64,000 nt of DNA from Acidimicrobiales bacterium (lineage in GTDB: Bacteria > Actinomycetota > Acidimicrobiia > Acidimicrobiales > Salinilacustritrichaceae), in contig JBBSLH010000001.1 of assembly GCA_038255425.1 (NCBI GenBank), positions 7-64,006 of the forward strand, written 5' to 3'. The notes beneath the pieces are model-generated. The model ran no database searches and was not told where the DNA came from. It saw only the letters and a list, made by a program, of their open reading frames with translations. Shown piece by piece: positions 21,501 to 33,500 of this stretch (its first letter is position 1; the number at the start of each line of letters is the position of its first letter). The position numbers were made by a program, and so were the translations under genes.

Positions 21501-24500
21501 CGGTCGATGTCGGTCGGGTCGCCGTCGAGGAGGACCCAGTCGATGAGGCCGTGGTCGCCGAGGACGATGTCCCAGGTGTCGCTGCCGGTGACACCGCTGG
21601 TCGGCCGGTTGGTGGTGATCATGTCGCCGCCGGCGCCGCCGAGGACGACGTCGGTCCCGATCCCGGTGGTGATGGTGTCGCCGGCACCGATCGTCGGATC
21701 GACCGTGACGACGAGGCCGACGAGGCGCTCGACGGCGTCGGTGAAGTCGCCGGGACCGCCGTTGCCCGAGACCGCCACCGCGACCGCGGCGAGCGCCTGG
21801 AGCTCGGCCGCCGTGAGTGGGGAATGGCCGAGACCGGCCACCGGGACCGTGCCGGGCAGGAACCAGAACACCAGTCCGCGGTCGCCGATGACGATGTCGC
21901 CGCCGGTGCCGCCGTGGATGGTGTCGGCCCCTTGGCCGCCGATGATGACGAGCGGCTGGGTCGATGCGTGCCCGTTGACCGTGTCGGCATCGGGTTCGGT
22001 GGCGTACTGCGAGCCGCTGGTCACGGGTTCGGTGATGCGGCGCGTGACCTCGATGATCACGTACGGCGTCGACCCGTCACGCTGGGCGGTGGTGGTGAAC
22101 TCGACCGCGTTGCCGACGATGGTGGAGCCGACGAGCACTCCGTTGACCCAGACCCGCACCCCGGTGACCACCCCGGCGCCCGTGCCGAGCGACACGCTGA
22201 CCGCACCGACCCCGACCACCGGGGTCTGCACCGTGCGATGGTCGACGACCACGGCGATGGTCCCACCGACCGGCACCGTGTCGAACAGACCGATGCTGCC
22301 GGCGCCGACGTCGACCACGAACCGGTCGACCGGGATCGCCGTGCCGTTCAGCACCACACCGACGACGTCGTCGGCGATCGGTCCGTCTCCGCTGGTGATC
22401 GGCGACGTGGGACGGAAGAAGCCGTCGAAGGCACCCTGGGTGTTCAGGATGAGGAACCCGTCGTTGGCGGTCATGGCCACGGTGACGAGGTCGTTGCCGA
22501 GGCCCGTGCTGAGCCACGTGGTCGTGCGGGTGCCGGCACGGCGATGGGCGCCGTCGACGGTGAGCACGTCGGCCCCGGAGCCGGTCCAGATGCGGATGCC
22601 CTCGCGGGAGGCGAAGGTGCCGCCGGCGTCGGCTCGGAAGGTGATGGAGCCGGTCGCCAGCCCGACGAGGAAGATCTCGGCCGGGGCACCCAGGTAGCTC
22701 TCGCCGCCGGTGACGGTGGCGTCCCGGCCGGAGGCCGCGGTGCGGTTGTCGGTCACCAGCACCGGTGAGCCGGCCGTGCCCTTGCCCGAGCTGTTGGCCT
22801 CGTCGCTGATCAACAGCGTGTTCGCGCCGGTGCCGGCATCCAGGTTGAGGGTGCCGGCGATGTCGTCGAGGTCGCCGGCCAGGTACTGGGGGTGGCCGGT
22901 GAGGCCGACGTCGGCAAGGTCGGACACGTAGATCCGGTCGTCGCCGCCGGCGAGGTCGATGTTGGTGAGCGGCAGGGTGCCCCGGATGTTGAGGACGTCG
23001 GAACCCGAACCGAGGGTCAGGTTCAGGGTCTCGAGGCCGTAGTAGTTCACGCCGCTCTGGCGGGACAGGTCGACGGCGGGAGCGGTGTCGCCGAGTGCGA
23101 AGAGTCCGATCGTCACGGGATGGTCCGGATCCTCGTTGACCTCGCCACGGATGCCGATGAGATACCCACCGGCGACCTCGATGACGTAGACGCTGTCGGT
23201 GCAGGCGGTCCGAGGACTGCCGTCGTAGCCGGTGCCAGGATTCGGCTCGCCGCCGCTGCCGCACGTGAGCGACACGCCGGGGTCGGCGCCGCTGGTCTGC
23301 GGGTACAGCAGGAGTTGGAGCGCGGCCTGGATGGTCTCGGCGCTGACGCCGACGGCGAACGTGACGGCGCCGATGCCGGTGGTGACACCGTCCTGGGTCT
23401 GGGTGATGACGATGGTGAACGTGCCCGTGCCACCCGGGGTGACCGAGTACACCTGGTCGAGGGGGCGGTCGAGCTCGTCAGGAGCGCTTCGGGCGATCAT
23501 GTCCAGTCCGGTGAGCGACGTCTGGGTCAGGGTCCCGAGGTTGTCGTTGGTGTCGGCCGAGTCGTCGAGGTAGGCGATGTCGGTGCCGGCGCCACCGTCG
23601 AGCACCAGGAGGGCGGCGAGCAGGTCGAGGACTCCACCGGTCGAGCCGATCCGGAAGGTGTCGTCGCCGCGTCCACCCCGGACGATGGTGTGACCGTCGA
23701 CGGTGCGGATCAGGAACGTTTCGTTGCCGCGGCCGCCGTCGATCGTGGTCAGGTGGGCGTGTGTGGTGTCGACGGTGAAGGTGTCGGCGCCGTAGCCGAG
23801 GAGGATCAGCAGATCCTCGAAGGCGGCGTACACGATGCCGCCGGGCAGGGAGCGGCCGCCGAGGACGGTGTCGTCGGCCATGCCGAGGCCAGTGAGTCGG
23901 AGGCGGCCCTGAACGTCCTTCCAGAGTCGACCGACGTCAGCGGCCGGGCTGTCCTCGTTGTGGACGATCAGGCGGTCGACCTGGGCGGTCTCGATGGCTT
24001 CGGCAGTGGTGGCGGCGATCGGGAACGGCGGGCCGCTCTGCTCGGTCGGCAACAGGTTGGGCAGGTACCCGTCGAGGGTCAGCGGGACGACCGGATTCGG
24101 ATCCTCGCCGCCGCTGACGAACAGCGGGCCCTGGATCGGGTTGACCCGGCGGGCGGCGTCGGCGAAGGACTGGAGGTCGCTGCCGTCGACGATGTTGTCC
24201 TGGATGGCCCGCACGGTGACGGTCTGCGGCGTCATCCAGTTGGTGGTCGTGAACGTGAGCGTGAGCGTCGTCGCCCATCCGCCGCCGGGCTGGAGGAACT
24301 CGACTTGGACGTTGTTGCAGCCGCTGGGCAGTGGACAGTCCGGCCCGCCGATGTCGAGGCTCGGGGTCTGCAGGGCGTTCAGGCGGACGGTGATGGTCTG
24401 GCCGGGGTTGGTGGTGAGGCGGACCGTGTAGGTGTCGGTGGCGCCGTCGGTCCCACCGGGACCGCCCTCGACGAGGCGCGTGGTGCCACCGCTCTGCACG

Positions 24501-27500
24501 ATCACCACGCCGGCGGCGTCGCCGTCGTGGACGAGGGTCACGACCCGGTCGATCTCGAGACCGGGCACGCCGACGACGACGAGCTGTGTGCCGGCGAGGA
24601 TGTTCCACGGTTCGGTGACGGTGATGGTGTCGTCGGTGTTGGAGGCGATGGTCCGGTAGTTGGCTGCCCCGGTGGCGGCGGCGTCGACGCCGACGACCCG
24701 GATGAGCGCCCCGCTGAGCGGCCCGATGCCGCTGAACGTGCCCGGAGCGAACGTCAGCACCGTGCGACCCGCAGTCGTGGCGCTCGAGACGACCGTGCCG
24801 CCGATCTCCCCGGTGACGCCGGGCGGGCTGAAGCCGGTGATGAGGAACACGCTGGTGCTGTCGAGCGCCGTGTCGAAGTCGCCCTCGACGACGACGGTGT
24901 CGGCGGTGTTGTCCCAGATCCGGCGGACCTGGCCGGCACCGGTGCCGCCGGTCACCCGGACGAGGTAACCGCGCAGCGCATGGGGCACGAGCGTCGTCCC
25001 GACCACGAACTCGTCGTCGCGACCCGTCGTTCCGGCGACCGTGCCAGCCAGGGCATCGCCGACGGCCGCGGTGACGGTGGCCGTGATGTTCTGGAAGTGC
25101 TGGCCCTCGACGAGGGTGTCGTCGACGGCGATCACCTCGATCACCCGCGCCGTCGACCAGTTGGCCGTCGTGAACACGAGATCGAGCTGCTGGACGAAGG
25201 AGCCCACGCCCTGGAGACGTAGTCGGAGCTGGCTGCCGCCGTCGAGGCGGATGGTCACGGTGCCGAGCGGGGCCCGGGGCAGCTGGATGGTGTAGGTGGC
25301 GGTGGTCCCACCCTGGCCGCCACTGCCGGGTTCGACGACGATCACGCCACCGTCGGGGACGATCACCGGCACCGTCGGCGCCTCGTCGTCGATCACCCGG
25401 ATCGAGGTGTTGGTGACCTGCAGGGTGTCGTACTCACCGACGCCGCGGACCATCCAGTCGCTGGTCGAGTCGGGCAGCGTCTCCCACGTGCCGTCGAGCG
25501 TGATCGAGCTCGCTGTGTTCGACAGGATGCGAACCGTCTGACCGGCTCCGGTCCCGCTGATGATGATGACCTCGAGGCCGGCGAGGTCCCGACCGCTGAA
25601 CGGTGTTCCGGCCACGGTGAGCGTGGTGGCGGTGGCGCCGGTCACGTCGCCGGAGAGGAACCCGATGACCATGGTCTGGAGCGGGATGGTGCGATCGCCC
25701 TCCGCCGAGTAGTCGAAGAAGGCGCGGACCTCGAGGGTCTGTGCCGTCGCACTCCCGGCTTGGAACACGAGGGTGACCGAGGTCTTCCACTCCCCTCCCC
25801 CGACACGGAGCTGGACGTAGCGCACCCGGCTGGTCGACGTCGGGTCGACAGGCGGGGCGATGAGCGTGACCTCCACCTTTGTCGTCGGCACGAACGTCGG
25901 TCGGATGCGGATGCTGCCGGTGACCACGGCTCCGGCCGGACCGACCTCGCGGACCACGATCGATCCGCCGACCGGGGTCACGACGAGGGCGGGTTCGTCG
26001 TCGTCGAGGATCTCGGCAGCCACACCGTCGATGGGCAGTTCGAGCCAGGCATCGGTGAGTCCCACCGCCGCTTCGACGGAGTGTCGGACGAGGCCCGTGT
26101 GGCCGAGGAGATCGTCGGCCTGCACGGCCGGCGGACGGCCGGCGATCTCGATCCGGTCGCTGCCGAGGCCACCGTAGATGGTCGTCTCGACGTTCGGGTT
26201 GGTCGAGATGACGTAGAAGACGTCGTCGCCTTCCATGCCGTGGAGGCTGAGGCGTTCGATGTTGACGTAGGCGACGTAGCGGCCGGCACCGTAGATGCCG
26301 TCCCTGGTGACGACGTAGGTGTCGGGGAACTCGGTGCCGATGACGACCACGGTGTCGTAGCCCTCGCCGCCGTCGATCGACACGGGAGCATTCATGGCGT
26401 ATTCGATGTAGTCGCGTCCCTGGCCGGAGTTGATGGCCGTGAGTTCGGACTCGGCGACGAAGCTGCGGACGATGAAGGTGTCGTCGCCAGCGTCGCCGTT
26501 GAGCTGGACGACGGCGCGGTTGCGGAACACCTCGAAGACGTCGTCGCCTGTGCCTCCGTTCATGGTGGCGGCGTAGGAGACACCGTTGGAGAGCTTGCCT
26601 CGTGTGCTGTTGAAGAAGTCGGTCGACGGGATCCCGAACTCCGCATCCCCGACGTAGTCCGTGAAGATCTGGCCGATGCGGAAGCGGTCGTTGCCGGATC
26701 CGCCGTTGACGGTCATCACCGTGGCGGTGTCGTCGAAGGCGAACGTGTCGTCGCCGTCATTGCCGTTGACGATGACACTGCCGTTGATGCCGTTGGTGTA
26801 GGTGACGGCCTCGACCCCGGTGAACTTCTCGAGAGTCGTGTCGTATCCGGTGAGCAGGCCGATGAACCGCTTCCGGAACAGGAACGTGTCGTCGAGCACG
26901 CCACCGTTGACGACGAGGATGTCGGTACCACCGTCGTAGCCCGTGTCCACGACGTCGATACGGGATGCGCCCTTGCCGAAGAGGCCGACGATGTCGTAGT
27001 CGGAACCGGTGCCGCCGTCGAGGCGCAGGGAACGGCCATCCATCGGGTTGGGAGCCGAAGGGGCGTCGGGAATGGCGTTGACGACGAGCCAGTCGTCTCC
27101 GGCTTGTCCGTTGATGCGAGTCGTGCCGCCGATGGCCTCGACCATGACCCGGTCGTGACCCGGTCCGGCGTTGACGATGGTGGTGCCGTCGACCGGGCCG
27201 CCGGGCGGGCCGGCGGTGAGGGTGCTGTCGACGTTGAGGACGTCATCGCCGGCGCCGAGGCTGAGTGTGAGTGCCTCGAAGCCGGTGTACGTGGTGAGTC
27301 CGTCGGTCATCCGGGTCGTACCGGTGACGACGGTCTCACCCGGAGCGGCCTCCAGCGGGAAAAGGACCACCGCCTGCAGCGTGATCTGGTACCGGCTGGC
27401 CCAACCGGCGTCGCCGGCGAGCGCCCCGGTGTAGGCGATGGTCCAGCGGCCGCCGGCCTTGGAGACGACGACATTGCCAGCACCGACGATGGCGGCGAGG

Positions 27501-30500
27501 GCGGCTTGCATCTTGGCTGCGGTGGTGTCGTAGTCGAGTTGGATGGTGTTCTGCCCGTCCACGCGGAGGACGAACCGACCGTCGACGGCGGCGAGCACGG
27601 TCACCACCTGGACGAGGCTCGGGCGTGGGACGGAGCCGCCGACCGTGGTGCCGAGGCCAGCGATCGACCCGCCGGTGAGCACGCCGATCCGGTCACCGGA
27701 GGTGGCGGTGTCGTCGACGAAGAGACGGTCGTTCGTGCCGGTGCCCGCTTCGAGCACGATTGCACTGCCGATGCCGGCCAGATTCCCGCCGATGCCGTCG
27801 ATGGTGGAGCTGATGCGGACCGTGTCGTCGCCGGCGCCGGTGCGAACGGTGAGCTTGCCCGAGACGGAGCGGACGATCACGGTGTCGTTGCCGTTGTTGG
27901 TCTCGACCACGGTGGGTCGGTCGACTCCGCCGTGGGTGCTGTCGATGCGGATGGTGTCGCCGGCGGAGCCGAGGCCGATGAACAGGTCGTCGAAGTTGGT
28001 GTACCTGATCCCCGCAGAGGCGAGACCGAAGCCAGTGATGGTCTCGAACGTGAGGATGCCGGTGTTGGTGACCGTGTCGCCGGTGTCGTCGACCTCGAGC
28101 AGGTCGAGGCCGGGGGCGCCGCCACCCGCGCCGTCGATGATCAGCGCAGCATCGATGTCATCGAGGAGGCCGCCGACGTTGGGCCAGGTGCTGGCGGTGA
28201 ATCCAACGCCAGCATTCGTGCCGACCGTGACGAGGTCGTCGCCATCGCCGGCAGTGATGCGGTGCTCGACGGCGATGCGACGGACGCCGATGCGGTCACC
28301 GCCGTCCAGAGTGCGGATCTCGACCAGATCGATGCCGAGATGATCGATGATGACGAGGGGGTCGACAGCACCGGCCTTGACCTGTTGCACGACACCCCGA
28401 CCCCCGGTGACATCCAGGATCAGATCCTCGCGGAGGGCGGTGCCGTAGACCTCGAGCTCGTCGTCGATGCCGCCGCTGTCTTCGATCGTGATGCGCGCGC
28501 CGGCGGCGTCGCGGAGCTCGACCCGGACGAAGTCGCTGCCGGCGCCGCTGTTGAGCGTCGCGTCGCCGGTCCAGGGCTGAGCGCTGCGGCTGGAACTTCC
28601 GATGGCGACGGTGCCGTCGGCGTCGCCGATCAGGAAGATGTTGGCTCGGGTGTCGCCGGTGAGCACGGCGCTCTCGAAGATGCCAGCCAGGTTCTCGGCG
28701 ATGGAGCCAGACGTGAAGTTCACCCCGCCGGTGACCTTGCCGACGACGAACAGATTGTCGTAGAGCCCGAAGTCGACGAAGTCGCCGGTGGGGTTGTAGT
28801 CGTCGAGGTCCTCGATGAGCGTGTCGTTGCCGCCTCCGTCGAGGAAGACGTCGAGCCCGGGTCCGCCGGTCATGGTGTCGTTGCCGTCGGTGTAGGTCGT
28901 GTCGTTCTCGTCGGCAGGCTTCAGCACGCCAGCGTGGCCGCCGTCGAGGACGTCGTTGAAGCGTGTGCCGATCAATGTGTCGTTGCCGAGACCACCGCGG
29001 AGGGTGACTGCGATGCGGTTCTCGGTGAGGCCGTAGGCGTCGATGGTGTCGCTGCCGCCGCCGGATTCGATGAAGAGCGAGTCGCCCTCGCCACGCACGG
29101 CCTGGCCGATCCAGACGGTGTAGCTGCCGCTGCGGGCGACCTTGATGTCGGTTCCGGTGCGGCCGGTGGAGGATGCCTGCGCCTCGAGCGACACGGCGTA
29201 GGCGTCGGCCGACGCTGAGCCCCGGATGGTGATCGAGTCACCCGCGACGTCGGGGTCGACACGGGTGTCGGGGACCTCTCGGTTGTAGACCTTGCCGTCG
29301 ATCGTCACGCTCTCGGTCCGGGTGCCGTTCACGGTGACCCGTCGGCCGAGGTCGATCGTCAGGTTCAGCACCCCGGAGCCGCTGCCCAGGTTCTCGACGA
29401 TGAAGGTGTCGGCGCCGGCACGGCCGTCGATGAAGAAGTTCTCGACGGTCACGACGTCGCGGTTGGCGCCGTTGAGGGCGAGGCGAACGGTGTTGGCGGC
29501 CGGAGACGACATCGTCAGGACATCGGCGTTCGTCGACAGCGTGAGGTACAGGCTGTCGACTCCCGCACCGCCGGTCATGGTGGGCGCCTGACTGCCAGTG
29601 ATCGTGACGAACAGCAGGTCGTTGCCGGTGCCCCCGTCGAAGATTGCTCCGGTCCCGTCGAGGACGTCGTTGTCGCCGTCGCCGTAGAGCTCGTCGGTGG
29701 CGCTGCTCCCCCGGAGCTGGTCGTTTCCGGCGTCGCCGTGGATGATCGCCTTGCCGGTCCCGAAGTGGACGAGGTTGTCATCGTTGTCGCCACCGTTGAT
29801 GGCGACGTTCCCGGCGCCGGCGGCCGAGATGTAGTCGTTGCCACCATTGCCGTTGAGAACGCTGCCGTTGCTCCCACCGCCGTAGGTGATGACGTCGTCT
29901 CCGCTACCGCCGGAGATGATCACGGGGACCTTGACCGAGTCCTTGATGATGACCACGTCGTTGCCGTCGCCGAAGTCACCCCGGATCTCGGAGACGTGCT
30001 GGTAGGTGTTGTTCCGTCCGTACGCCGACACCTTGATGGTGGCGTCACCCGCGGTGCCGCCGATCTGTTCGATCACGAACGGCTCGTCGATGTCGTCCTG
30101 GCCGATGTTGCGCGCCGTGCGGTGGGTGGCGTCGCCGACGTTCAGATACAGGATCTGCGGTGTCGTCCCACCCCAGCTGCGCAGACCTGCCGCGCCGTTG
30201 CTGCCGAAGTAGGTCGGCGGCGGGAACTGCAGGTAGCCGAGCGTGATCCTGACCGTGCCGCCGATCTCGAACAGCCCGAAGTCGACCGAGATGTAGACGC
30301 TCAGCTGGATCTTCACCCGACCGTCCGAACCCATGGTGGCGGTGTCGAAGAAGAACTCGAAGCCGATGCCGAGCCCGGCGAGCGTGATGCCGAAGGCCCG
30401 GACCTTGACGCTGGCCGACCCGGCCAGGCGGAAGTAGTACGTGCCGGCCTTCGCCGGATCGTTGGCATCGGGGCAGGGCAGCGAGACGCCCACCGGCGCG

Positions 30501-33500
30501 GTCCCCCGGCGGCACGAGGTGACCCCGATCGAGAACTGCCCGACGATGCCGTAGTCGTTGGAACCGAGGACCATTCGCCCGTTGAGCTGGATGTCGAAGT
30601 TCCCGTTCGAGTCCAGATAGATCGACCCGCTCAGCGTCGCGAGCCCGAAGAAGTCCACGTTCGCCTGGGCTCGGAAGGCCCACTCCCCGTTGGAGACCAC
30701 GATGAGCAACGAGGCGTCGAAGTTGAGGATCTTGAGGATCGAGACCTTGCCCCGGACGTCGAGGACGAACGAGCTGGCGTCGATGCCCAGGACCTTGGTG
30801 TGCCCGGTCGTGTTGATCTTGAGGGTGCCGCTGGCCTCGATGGACACCACGGCGATGTCGGCCTTGAGCGAGATGTTGAGGAGGAGGGCGAAGCCCGGGT
30901 CGGATCCGCCCACCACGGCCGCACCACCGTTGGCGGAGAACTCCAGGCCGGCGAAGCTGAAGTTCAGCCCGAACAGCAGCTGGAACCCGCTCGGGGTGAT
31001 GCTGATCTCGACAAAGCCGGTGGCTTGTGCGCTGAGCAGCGTGATGGTGCCGTCGAGCCGGAGCAGGAAGCCCGGGTTGACCGCCGTGGATCCGAGGGTC
31101 TGAACCCGGCCGGTGGTGTTCAGGGCCAGCATCGCCGAGACGCTCAACTCGAGCCCGATGTCCGCTCCGAAGTCTCCTCCGAGGCCGGCCGTGACTTCGA
31201 AGCGGGCGACGAGACCCTGGCTGCTGAGGCGGAACCCGGACTCCCTGATGGCGATGTTGCCGATGGGTGCAAGGCTGAGCTGGCCGTTGACGACGAGCTC
31301 GATGCCGGCGTTGGCCCCGGCGAGTTCGAGCCGGAGCAGGACGTGGCCGGCGATGGTGAACCGGTCAGCGATGACGAGCGCCCCGCCCATCTCCAGTCGG
31401 AACCCGGCGACGGTGGTGATGGTGGTCGTCTCCCCCACCAGGAAGCCAGCAGCGTTGCGCTTGAAGCCGCTGAAGACCTCGACGTCAGGGGCCAGGGTCT
31501 GCTTCTCGATGGCGAACGTCTGGATGGTCTGTGTCGTCGTGAACGTGTTGATCTCGAGCAGGAACTGACCGTTGAACCGGACGCCCGGAATCTGGTTGCT
31601 GCCGAGCGTGAGCTGGATCCGACCGACGACGCCCGTCTTGGTCCCGACGTACACCGCGAGGTTGACCGCTCCGGTGAGCGAGCCGAGGAACGGGATCGTC
31701 GTGCCGACGGCGCCGTCGATCTTGATGTAGGCGAAGCCCGCGGGATCGACGGCGGCGGTCAGGCCGATGTAGCCGTTGAGGGTGAGAACCCCGCCGATGG
31801 ACAGCTGGGCCTGGACGACGGCCTTGATGTACACCTCGCCGCCAGCGCCGGGGACCGGCGTACCGTCGATACCAGGTGCCGACTTGTAGATCGTGATGGA
31901 CGTCGGATCGCCCGGTCGGAGCAGCGGCAGGAACGACGCCGGGATCTCGAAGGTCTTGTCCTTGCGGGTGGTGTTGAACATCACCTGGACGGTGCCGGTG
32001 GCACTGAACAGGTTGCCGATGTCTGGGAGGCCGATCGATCCGCCGGAGGAGACCTGGAACGTCCCAGCGATGCCGTCGGGCTCGATGAGGAGCAGGCCGG
32101 TCACCGAGCCGTAGGTGAGGCGGGCGTTCCCGCTGCCGAAACTGAGCTCGCCGGTCAGGTACATCTGGAACTTGGGCTGTGACGAGGCCTCGATGTTGAG
32201 GAAGAAACCGCCCTGCATCCGCAACAACTCGGTGGTGGTTCCAGGGACGTACACGATCAGCTGGCCGACCAACTCGATCCCGAAGCTGTACGGGTTGAGG
32301 GTGAAGGTCTTGACGAGGTCGGCACCGCCGACACCGAGGCCGGGGAGCGTGATCTCCTCGACTTTCGTCTCGCCGGTGAGATTGATCTGGAGCGTGCCCT
32401 TGGCGAACATCTTGAGGCCGTAGGGCTCGAGCGCCGAGAGGTTGGTCTCGAAGGTGGCGACGCCCCAGAACTGCGGGGTCGAGGAGAGCCCATCGCCCAT
32501 GTCGAGGACGAACTTGCCGGCCGTGGCGCCGACGGTGCCGAGCTTGATGATCGAGAGCTGGCCGACGAACGTGAGGGCGAAGTAGCCGCGGTTGGCGTCG
32601 ATCTCGAGGACGACCTCCGCCTTGAGGTCGATCAGGGGTTCGTCGGTGAGGCCGGCCGCCTGGAGGAGCAGACCGCCGGACAGTTCGATGAAGAACGAGG
32701 TGCCCTGGGTGATGATCCTGAACGAACCCGTGTTGGCGGCACCCTGGTTGCCGTCGCTGTCCTGCCAGCTGCCGGCGACGAAGGCGACGTTGACGGTCCC
32801 TGCGGTCAGCGTGCCGGTGTAGACGTAGCGGAAGGTCGTGTCATCGACCTGGTGGACCGAGACGAACGCCAGCGACTCGCTACCGGCGCCGCTGAAGGTC
32901 AGCTGACCGCCGCCGAGCAGGCTGGCGATGTCGACGGTGGTGCCGGGCACCGGCGTGAACCGGATGTCGATCCAGGTGCGCGGTGCCACCGTCGCCTCGG
33001 TGACGTCCGTCTCGACGGATGCGGCCGAGGCGAAGCTGGCGGAACTCCAGGCGGTGCCGCCGGTGTTCGCCCACCCGCCGTTGACGAAGGACACGATGAG
33101 CGCGCCGCCGGTGTGGCCGGTGAAGAAGTAGCGCCAGGTGTTCGTTGCCTCGTTCACGAGGACCGGCACGCCGAGCACCGTGACCTCGACGCCGGTGGAC
33201 GTGGTGATGGTGATCTCGGCGCCGGCGTCGAGAAGGGTGGCGATGTCGACGGCGCTGCCGTCGAAGGCACCGAAGGTGACGTCGACGTGACCGCGGCCGT
33301 TGATCTCGGCAGCGCTCGTCACGCCGAAGTTGGGCGGGTCCGCGAGTTGCGCGGTCGGGGTGGCGACGGTGAAGCGCTCGGTCTCGGCACGGTTGGCGAT
33401 GCCGTCGCTGTCGGCGAAGGAGTCGGCGACGAAGGTGACGCTGTAGATGCCGTTGGCGAGAGTGCCGCTGAAGCCGTAGCGGTAGGTGTCGGTCAGGCCG

